DNA from: Tunicatimonas sp.
GTDB lineage: Bacteria > Bacteroidota > Bacteroidia > Cytophagales > Cyclobacteriaceae
Reading direction: 5' to 3'
DNA length: 64,000 nucleotides
Assembly (NCBI GenBank): GCA_049650865.1
Contig: JBASAY010000211.1
Coordinates: forward strand, 43,095-107,094
Notes under the pieces: generated by a model
What the model was told of the DNA's origin: nothing
Database searches by the model: none
The model's input: only the letters and a program-made list of their open reading frames with translations
Position numbers and translations under genes: made by a program
Shown here: positions 57,220 through 64,000 of the stretch, piece after piece
How the letters are laid out: each line of letters begins with the position of its first letter
How positions within the stretch are numbered: the first letter of the stretch is position 1

Positions 57220-58272
57220 TTATAGTCCTAAAATTTGTTTGTTCGTCTCGTCGTCTACCTGCCCCCCGGCGAAGTCATCGAAGGCGCGCTCGGTGACGCG
57301 GATCAGGTGGGCACTCACGAAGTCGGCCCCCTCGGCAGCTCCCTGCTCGGGGTGCTTCATAAAGTCTTCCCACTCCACCACGGCCCAGCCGTCGTAATCG
57401 TACTGGGCCAGCTTGGTAAACACCGCGCCAAAGTCCACCTGTCCGTCGCCCGTTGAGCGGAAGCGGCCCGGTCGGTCGGCCCACGAGGCATAGCCACCGT
57501 ACACGCCCGACTTACCATTCGGATTGAACTCAGCATCCTTCACGTGGAACATCTTAATAAACTCGTGGTACAGGTCAATATTTGCCAGATAGTCGAGCTG
57601 CTGGAGGATGTAATGGCTCGGGTCGTAGAGCATCTTCACCCGCTGGTGGTTGCCGGTGGCCTCTAGGAAGCGCTCGAAGGTAGCCCCGTCGTGCAGGTCT
57701 TCTCCGGGATGAATTTCGTAGCAGACGTATACCCCCTGCTCATCGAAAGCGTTGAGAATGGGCGTCCAGCGATCGGCTAGCTCCTTAAAAGCCATTTCGA
57801 CCAAACCGGCAGGGCGCTGGGGCCAGGGGTACATAAAGGGCCAGGCCAAGGCACCCGAGAAGGTAGCGTGCACGTCTACGCCAAAGTTGCGACTGGCCTT
57901 GGCCGCTAGCATCATTTGATTTACCGCCCACTCGGTGCGGGCTTTGGGGTTGCCGTGCACCTCGGCCGGGGCGAAGGCGTCAAACATAGTATCGTAGGCA
58001 GGATGTACGGCTACCAGCTGACCCTGCAGGTGCGTAGAGAGTTCGGTGATTTCTACTCCAACTTCCTGGGCCACGCCCTTCAGCTCATCGCAGTAGTCTT
58101 TGCTGTCGGCGGCCTTCTGCAGATCGATGCAGCGCGGATTGAAGGTGGGCACTTGTACGCCCTTATAGCCGACACCCGCCATCCACTGGCAAGCATTCTC
58201 AAACGTATCAAACGGTGGTTCGTCACCCATAAATTGGGCTAAAAAGATGGCGGGTCCTTTGATGTTCTTCAT
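57220..58272 (-). CDS. Sugar phosphate isomerase/epimerase (xylose isomerase-like TIM barrel)
   Basis: 350 aa. The overall pattern is typical of the AP_endonuc_2/TIM-barrel family (YEIHPGEDL, MFHVKDA). Confidence 0.85.
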   Translation of the reverse strand: MKNIKGPAIFLAQFMGDEPPFDTFENACQWMAGVGYKGVQVPTFNPRCIDLQKAADSKDYCDELKGVAQEVGVEITELSTHLQGQLVAVHPAYDTMFDAFAPAEVHGNPKARTEWAVNQMMLAAKASRNFGVDVHATFSGALAWPFMYPWPQRPAGLVEMAFKELADRWTPILNAFDEQGVYVCYEIHPGEDLHDGATFERFLEATGNHQRVKMLYDPSHYILQQLDYLANIDLYHEFIKMFHVKDAEFNPNGKSGVYGGYASWADRPGRFRSTGDGQVDFGAVFTKLAQYDYDGWAVVEWEDFMKHPEQGAAEGADFVSAHLIRVTERAFDDFAGGQVDDETNKQILGL

Positions 58273-58293
58273 GGGTTCAGGTTGGTTAGAGGA

Positions 58294-59265
58294 TTAAAAA
58301 GCTTGCTCGATCTTCCGGAACAAGTCTTTATAGACAGGATCGCGGCGCACGTAAGTAGCCACCCGGTAGGGCGGGCGCGCATCATCGAAGCGATAGGTAA
58401 GCTCGTCGGTGAGGATGGGCGTGCTGCGTACTTCAGTGTTAAACCAGGTTGAATCGATCAGGTAAGCCACCGCCGAAATGTCCCAGATCACCTTTGACCA
58501 CCCAAAATGGTCTTGGTGGTACTCTTTGAAAATCTCTACCAGATAGTCACCAATCTCACCTTTACCCGCCAGGTAGGTTTCTACCTCAGGCACGGTGGTG
58601 AGTAGGTGCGAGGTGACGGATAGGGTAGGCAACTGAATGAGCGGCACCCCCGAGTCGAACAATACTTGCGAGGCCAGTACGTCTTGTTGCAGGTTAAACT
58701 CATGGGCGGTGGGCCAGTTGAGCCCTTTGCCTCCGAGCCACACCACCACAATCTTGTTGACCAACGAAGGTTCGAGCAACAGCGCCGAAGCCACGTTGGT
58801 GGGCGCCCCTACGGTAAGTACGTACAGTGGCTCTTCCGACGCCTGGGCCCGCCGGATCAAATCGCGGGTTGCATCACTCTCGATGGGTTGGTCCAAGCTC
58901 TCAAGAAAACCCGCCGACCCGCGGTGCACCAGTCCGTCGGCGGGACGCTGCATTTTATCGAGCAGGCGCAGAATTTCTTCGTAGCTCTTCTCCATACCGT
59001 CGGCGGCGCTCTCGGAGCGGTCGTTCAGAAAAGGAGCCGCGTAAATGGCTTCGATGGTCATCTGCTCGGGAGAGAGCAGGGCGTAGACTAGGGCAAACTG
59101 ATCGTCTATTTCGTTATAGGTATCAGTATCCAACACGGCTGTAACGGGACCGCGCGGAGCTTGCAGACGAGAAAGGCGCTCTGCCTCAGGCAAAGCAGGG
59201 AAGGTTTGGGCAGAAGCAGGCGGAAGCACCAGAAAAACGCTAAGCGTAATTAACAGGAATCGCAT
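58294..59265 (-). CDS. Nucleoside hydrolase (IUNH family), secreted
   Basis: 323 aa with a signal peptide. The N-terminal Asp cluster VLDTDTYNEIDDQFAL matches the DxDxxxDD fingerprint. Confidence 0.9.
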   Translation of the reverse strand: MRFLLITLSVFLVLPPASAQTFPALPEAERLSRLQAPRGPVTAVLDTDTYNEIDDQFALVYALLSPEQMTIEAIYAAPFLNDRSESAADGMEKSYEEILRLLDKMQRPADGLVHRGSAGFLESLDQPIESDATRDLIRRAQASEEPLYVLTVGAPTNVASALLLEPSLVNKIVVVWLGGKGLNWPTAHEFNLQQDVLASQVLFDSGVPLIQLPTLSVTSHLLTTVPEVETYLAGKGEIGDYLVEIFKEYHQDHFGWSKVIWDISAVAYLIDSTWFNTEVRSTPILTDELTYRFDDARPPYRVATYVRRDPVYKDLFRKIEQAF

Positions 59266-59300
59266 AGGTTGTTATTGAGTTCATACTTTGCCCCGTGCGC

Positions 59301-60662
59301 TTACATCATCATCTCCATCTCGTCGATGTTAACCACCCGCACGTTGGTTTTTGCGTCGGCCAGCACAAACTGGCGCTTGGGATAAGACATTTGGGTGAGG
59401 TGGTCGGTCATCACTTGCATGGTCGCTTCGTAGGCCACCCGGTGGTCTTGCTTGATGGGCTCCGACGGGGGCATATCAATGGTAAGCGCATCTACCGCCC
59501 GGCCGTTCTTCCACACGCGGTAGTCCAGGTGCGGGCCGGTAGAGATACCGGTGCTGCCCACGTAGCCAATAATGTCACCTTGCTTCACGCGCTTGCCCAC
59601 CTTAATGTCTTCCCCGTACTTCGACAGGTGCATATAGCCAGTGGTGTAGGTGTTATTGTGCCGAATCTTCACGTAGTTGCCCGCCCCACCGCTGTAGCGA
59701 GCCTTAATTACCTTGCCATCGCCTACGGCCCGTACCGGGGTACCAATGGGGGCGGCATAATCAATGCCGTGGTGCGGGCGGCGCACGTGCAGCACAGGGT
59801 GCAGACGACTGTTGGAAAAGCGAGAGCTAATGCGGGTGTACTTTAGCGGAGCCTTCAGGAAGGCTTTACGAAGGCTGTTGCCTTCTTCATCGAAGTAATC
59901 GGTACGGCCCTGCTGGTCGTAGTAGAAGGCATAGTAGCTCTCTTGATCCCGCTCAAAGTGGGCAGCCAGCACCTTGCCCACGCCTACCGGCTCGTTTTTA
60001 ATGCGAATCTCCTCGTAGATCATCTTAAAGCGGTCGCCTTTCTGTACTTTAAACAAGTCGAGCTGCCAGGCGTAAATGTCCGATAGCTGATAGGCCAGAT
60101 CGGGCGAGGCGTTGCCGTCGGCCAGGGTCTGGTAGATCGAGTAATCGATGATACCCGCAAACTCGCGCACGACCGTATCGATCTTATGCTGCTCCTGGTA
60201 GATGCTCACCGTGTCGGTAAGGTCAAACACCACGTAGTCGAGCCGGTTGGGTTCGTAGATAAAGTACTGCGCGGTGCGGGCCGAATCGTTACTGCACAAC
60301 ACGGTGTAACCTTTGTCCATCCTGATCTTACGAACGTCGAACACCTCGCGCGACTTCTTCGCCAGGCGATCAATGAGTCCTAAAGAGATGTTATAACGTC
60401 GCAAGATTTGCGAGAGGTACTCGTTAGGCTGGATGGTAGCCTCTACTACCTTAAAAGTGTCGACGTTGATGCCGAAAAGATACTCAGGATCGGGAGTTGC
60501 CGGGGCGGCGGGAACCATCGATGCCAGCACCACACTGTCGGGAGGAGGAACGGGGAGCACCCGGTGCGTGGGGTAGGTAGCCAGGGTAGAATAAATAGCA
60601 ATGCCCGCGACCAGCGGAAAGGCAAGTACTGATAAATGACCGACGGTGTGCTTTCTTTTCAA
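59301..60662 (-). CDS. M23-family metallopeptidase
   Basis: 453 aa with an N-terminal TM. Motifs HHGIDYAAPIGTPV and GSTGISTGPHLDY. Confidence 0.9.
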   Translation of the reverse strand: MKRKHTVGHLSVLAFPLVAGIAIYSTLATYPTHRVLPVPPPDSVVLASMVPAAPATPDPEYLFGINVDTFKVVEATIQPNEYLSQILRRYNISLGLIDRLAKKSREVFDVRKIRMDKGYTVLCSNDSARTAQYFIYEPNRLDYVVFDLTDTVSIYQEQHKIDTVVREFAGIIDYSIYQTLADGNASPDLAYQLSDIYAWQLDLFKVQKGDRFKMIYEEIRIKNEPVGVGKVLAAHFERDQESYYAFYYDQQGRTDYFDEEGNSLRKAFLKAPLKYTRISSRFSNSRLHPVLHVRRPHHGIDYAAPIGTPVRAVGDGKVIKARYSGGAGNYVKIRHNNTYTTGYMHLSKYGEDIKVGKRVKQGDIIGYVGSTGISTGPHLDYRVWKNGRAVDALTIDMPPSEPIKQDHRVAYEATMQVMTDHLTQMSYPKRQFVLADAKTNVRVVNIDEMEMMM

Positions 60663-61005
60663 GTTGGTGGATTTAGCAGTGGTTTATTGTCAATAAGGAA
60701 TATAAGCGGCTTCAAAATTAAGACTAAGTGTGAGAAAACGGTACGCAGCCCGCACTTAATTTGTCGGTAATTTTAGCGAAATTCTGCCCTGATGAAAGGA
60801 TACAAAGATCAATTAGAAACATGTAAAGAAAGGCCGTAAGACTTCGGTTAAGCATGTTTCGAGTAATGCACCAATTGGCCAGTGCTACTAAGCATCAACT
60901 CAGCACATTAGTTCTTCAGTTAAGCGTTAAACTATAGGAGTTGTTTATAGTTTTATACGTTGGGATGTTCCCTGGCGAGCGCTTCAACGGGACGTAAACT
61001 CTCTT

Positions 61006-61013
61006 TATATTTG
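61006..61013 (+). promoter_or_regulatory. Candidate Bacteroidota -7 promoter box (TAnnTTTG)
   Basis: TATATTTG lies 21 nt upstream of the sucA ATG. Confidence 0.35.
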
Positions 61014-61033
61014 CCCAACATTTCACCTCAATA

Positions 61034-63769
61034 ATGGATCAATACTCCTATATATCTAACGCTCACGTCAATTACATCGACGAACTGTACCAATCGTACC
61101 AGCAAGACCCTGCCTCGGTAGATGAGAGTTGGCAGAAGTTTTTCGAAGGCTTTAACTTTTCGCAAGAAAAATACAACGGAAACGGGCGGGCCAATGGGGT
61201 AGCCTCTGCCGAGGGCGCCATAGACACCCGTGAGGTCAGCGTGCGCAAGCTAATTCGTAACTACCGGCGGCGCGGACATCTGGAGTCGAAGACCAACCCG
61301 GTGCGCGAGCGCGTGAACCGCCACGCCGAACTGGGCATCGAGCACTACGGACTCACCGAGGCTGACCTGGATCAGGAGTTTGAGGCAGGCAACGAAATTG
61401 GTATTGGACGCGCCACCCTGCGGCGCATCATCGAAGTGCTGCGGCAGGTGTACGTGGGCCCCATCGGCTTTGAGTATACCTACATCCGCAGTCGCGAGGT
61501 GGTGGAGTGGATGAAACACAAGGCCGAGCAGGAGAGCATCAAGTATGACCCTAGCGACGAAGAGAAGCGGCAGATTCTGTACATGCTCAACGAGGCGGTG
61601 GTGTTCGAAAACTTTCTGCACACCAAGTACTTGGGGCAAAAGCGCTTCTCGCTGGAAGGGGGGGAAACCACCATTCCGGCCCTCGACGCCATCATCGACG
61701 AGGCCTCGACCCGCGGGGTAAAGGAAGTGGTGATCGGCATGGCCCACCGGGGGCGGCTCAACGTGCTGGCCAACATTATGGGCAAAACCTACGAGCAGAT
61801 CTTCAATGAGTTTGAGGGCACCGCCGAGCCCAACCAGTCGCACGGCGACGGCGACGTAAAGTACCACCTGGGCTATTCGGCCGAGGTAGATACCCCCTCG
61901 GGCAACAAGATAAATCTGAAACTTACCCCCAACCCCTCGCACCTAGAGGCAGTAGACCCAGTGGTGGAAGGTTTTGTACGGGCCAAGGCCGACCGGCAGT
62001 ACGATAACGACTACGACCAGGTGATGCCCATCCTGATCCACGGCGACGCCGCCCTGGCCGGGCAGGGCATCGTCTACGAGATTGCCCAGATGTCGCAGCT
62101 GGAGGGTTACTACACCGGGGGCACCATCCACTTCGTGATCAACAACCAGGTGGGCTTTACTACCGACTTCGACGAGGCCCGCTCGAGTGTGTACTCTACC
62201 GACGTGGCCAAGGTGGTGGATGCCCCCGTGATGCACGTAAACGGCGACGATCCCGAAGCCGTGGTGTTCTGCGTGCGGACCGCCGTGGAGTTTCGGCAGA
62301 AATTTAACCGGGACATCTACATCGATATGGTGTGCTACCGCCGCCACGGGCACAACGAGAGCGATGAGCCTAAGTTTACCCAACCTTCGCTCTACAACAT
62401 TATATCCGATCACCCAAATCCCCGGGAAATCTACAACAAGAAACTCATCGAGCGGGGTGAGGTAGACGCTAAGCTGGCCGAAAAAATGGACACTGAGTTC
62501 CGTAGCCTGCTGCAAGATCGTCTTAATATGGTAAAGCAGAAGCCCCTGCCCTACTACTACCAAGAGGTGGAGCAGGAGTGGCGCGACCTGCGGCGGGCCG
62601 AAGAGAAAGATTTTGAGAAGTCGCCCGAGACGGGAGTAGCTCAAAAAATAATTGACCAGGTGGCGAAGGCGCTTACGACCTTGCCCGATGACTTTAAGCC
62701 GATTCGCCAGATTGAGCGGCAGTTTAAGCAGCGCCAGGAGATATTCTTTGAGAACAAAGTGCTTAACTGGGCCGCCGCCGAGCTGCTGGCCTACGGCACC
62801 ATTTTGGCCGAAGGCAAGCTGGTTCGAGTGGCCGGGCAAGATACCCAGCGCGGCACCTTCTCGCACCGGCACGCCGTGATCCACGATGCCGAAACCAACG
62901 AGGCGTATACCAATCTAGACCACGTTAGCGACGGTCAGGGGCAGTTTCATATTTACAACTCGTTACTGTCCGAATACGGAGCGCTGGGCTTCGAGTTTGG
63001 CTACGCCATGGCCAATCCCAACGCCCTGGTGGTATGGGAGGCCCAGTTTGGCGACTTTGCCAACGGAGCGCAGGTGATGGTAGACCAGTTTATCACCACC
63101 TCCGAAACCAAGTGGCAACGCATGAGCGGGCTGATACTGCTGCTGCCGCACGGCTACGAGGGACAGGGGCCGGAGCACTCTAATGCCCGCCCCGAGCGGT
63201 ACCTGCAACTTAGTGCCGACTTAAACATCGTTGTTGCCAACATTACTGAGCCGTCTAACTTCTTCCACGCCCTGCGCCGCCAGCTGGCGTGGCCGTTCCG
63301 CAAGCCGCTGGTGGTCATGTCGCCCAAATCGCTGTTCCGCCACCCTAAAGTGATGTCGCCGCTCGAGGAATTCACGAAAGGGCACTTCCGCGAGGTGATC
63401 GACGACGCTTACGCCAAACCGGCCAAATCGGTGACGAAGGTATTGCTCTGCTCTGGCAAGATCTACTATGACCTGCAGGAGCGGCAGGAGAAGGACAAAC
63501 GAAAGGATATTGCGATTATTCGCTTGGAGCAATTGCATCCCTTTCCGGAGAAACAAGTAACCAAACTGCTGATGAAGTACAAAGCAGCTAAAGTGTATTG
63601 GGTACAAGAGGAACCAGAAAATATGGGCTACTGGGCGTTTATTCTGCGTACCTACCGGCAGGTGGAGCTTGAGATTATCTCGCGTGAGCCCAGTGCCTCA
63701 CCGGCCACCGGCTACGGGAAGCTGCACACCCAGGAGCAGGAAGAAATCATTAGCAAAGCGTTGGCTTAG
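61034..63769 (+). CDS. sucA: 2-oxoglutarate dehydrogenase E1 component
   Basis: 911 aa. Full-length E1o-like sequence (GMAHRGRLNVLAN, IHGDAALAGQGIV, LLLPHGYEGQGPEHS). Confidence 0.97.
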   Translation: MDQYSYISNAHVNYIDELYQSYQQDPASVDESWQKFFEGFNFSQEKYNGNGRANGVASAEGAIDTREVSVRKLIRNYRRRGHLESKTNPVRERVNRHAELGIEHYGLTEADLDQEFEAGNEIGIGRATLRRIIEVLRQVYVGPIGFEYTYIRSREVVEWMKHKAEQESIKYDPSDEEKRQILYMLNEAVVFENFLHTKYLGQKRFSLEGGETTIPALDAIIDEASTRGVKEVVIGMAHRGRLNVLANIMGKTYEQIFNEFEGTAEPNQSHGDGDVKYHLGYSAEVDTPSGNKINLKLTPNPSHLEAVDPVVEGFVRAKADRQYDNDYDQVMPILIHGDAALAGQGIVYEIAQMSQLEGYYTGGTIHFVINNQVGFTTDFDEARSSVYSTDVAKVVDAPVMHVNGDDPEAVVFCVRTAVEFRQKFNRDIYIDMVCYRRHGHNESDEPKFTQPSLYNIISDHPNPREIYNKKLIERGEVDAKLAEKMDTEFRSLLQDRLNMVKQKPLPYYYQEVEQEWRDLRRAEEKDFEKSPETGVAQKIIDQVAKALTTLPDDFKPIRQIERQFKQRQEIFFENKVLNWAAAELLAYGTILAEGKLVRVAGQDTQRGTFSHRHAVIHDAETNEAYTNLDHVSDGQGQFHIYNSLLSEYGALGFEFGYAMANPNALVVWEAQFGDFANGAQVMVDQFITTSETKWQRMSGLILLLPHGYEGQGPEHSNARPERYLQLSADLNIVVANITEPSNFFHALRRQLAWPFRKPLVVMSPKSLFRHPKVMSPLEEFTKGHFREVIDDAYAKPAKSVTKVLLCSGKIYYDLQERQEKDKRKDIAIIRLEQLHPFPEKQVTKLLMKYKAAKVYWVQEEPENMGYWAFILRTYRQVELEIISREPSASPATGYGKLHTQEQEEIISKALA

Positions 63770-63852
63770 CGTAAGCAAAACAGCGAGACAACAACATGAA
63801 TCAGCGAGTGCAGGAATTAAACACTCGCTAAAAATACGATAAAGAGACTTGT

Positions 63853-64000
63853 ATGAGCTTAGAAATAAAAATCCCCACCGTCGGCGAATCCATCACCGAA
63901 GTGACCATTGCCGAGTGGATAAAATCTGATGGCGACGCCGTAGAGATGGACGAAGTAATTGCCGAACTGGAATCGGACAAAGCCACCTTCGAGCTTACCG
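63853..64000 (+). CDS. sucB: Dihydrolipoyllysine-residue succinyltransferase (E2o), N-terminal fragment
   Basis: My translation [48 protein letters not shown] is a lipoyl domain containing the ESDKA lipoyl-Lys motif. It runs off the window. Confidence 0.9.
   Translation, partial: MSLEIKIPTVGESITEVTIAEWIKSDGDAVEMDEVIAELESDKATFELT

Noticed and set aside
60816-60860. An 8-bp inverted repeat (gaaacatg ... catgtttc) with a 29-nt loop in the 371-nt M23 peptidase-sucA intergenic region, considered as a small RNA or regulatory hairpin.
   Set aside because: The stem is too short and no flanking terminator or promoter signature supports an RNA gene. The region is more simply a divergent promoter spacer.
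61250-62884. Long minus-strand ORFs (230 aa and 313 aa) inside sucA. Similar long antisense or alternate-frame ORFs lie elsewhere: 52071-52799 (+), 51974-52555 (-), 34707-35291 (-), 13746-14342 (-), 43151-43723 (-), 39356-39901 (+), 59295-59846 (+), 27372-27830 (-) and 16935-17390 (-).
   Set aside because: Each lies entirely within a confidently identified gene, on the other strand or in another frame. Their translations are low-complexity (R/A/G/P/L/V-rich) with no motifs, which is the usual by-product of moderately GC-rich coding sequence.
1-64000. A search by eye for CRISPR arrays, tRNA/rRNA/tmRNA genes, transposases, integrases and long direct repeats.
   Set aside because: None found. 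The non-coding gaps are short, the longest being 371, 282 and 241 nt, and lack tRNA-like T-arm motifs or regularly spaced repeats. A covariance-model scan (Infernal/Rfam, tRNAscan-SE) would be needed to exclude small ncRNAs.

Overview
The window looks like a chromosomal segment from a Bacteroidota genome, probably Cytophagales-like. Lineage evidence: a T9SS type-B C-terminal sorting domain, a PorP/SprF gene, a GldJ/GldK-family lipoprotein, and several TAnnTTTG -7-like promoter boxes. It is densely coding, with about 48 CDS, mostly recognisable housekeeping genes: mnmG, ybeY, xth, comF-like, thiolase, lysA, ctp, rnpA, rpmH, thrA, mfd, prmC, cysC/D/N, sucA/sucB. There is also a carbohydrate-related block: GH2, DUF1080, a TIM-barrel isomerase, and a ThuA-PQQ dehydrogenase-cytochrome c fusion. 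I saw no rRNA, tRNA, CRISPR array, transposase or integrase. The most unusual region is 12372-19917, a tightly packed same-strand five-gene cluster behind a 282-nt AT-rich gap. It encodes a 1138-aa cytoplasmic protein whose C-terminal half has clear Hsp70/actin-fold (ASKHA) phosphate-binding motifs and whose first ~580 aa I cannot place. Downstream are two translationally coupled coiled-coil, proline-rich inner-membrane proteins, a trypsin-like serine protease lipoprotein, and a small outer-membrane beta-barrel. I do not recognise this as a described system and flag it as the main candidate. Secondary observations: (1) a four-helix-bundle ('23S rRNA intervening sequence protein'-type) gene flanked by imperfect inverted repeats, inserted between cysD and cysN; (2) a RibD-like gene with a degenerate deaminase domain; (3) a membrane-anchored MutS domain-V ATPase; (4) a T9SS type-B cargo/PorP/OmpA triad; (5) an SGNH-MBOAT-SGNH O-acetylation module. 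All calls come from reading the translations and sequence by eye. No database search was run.
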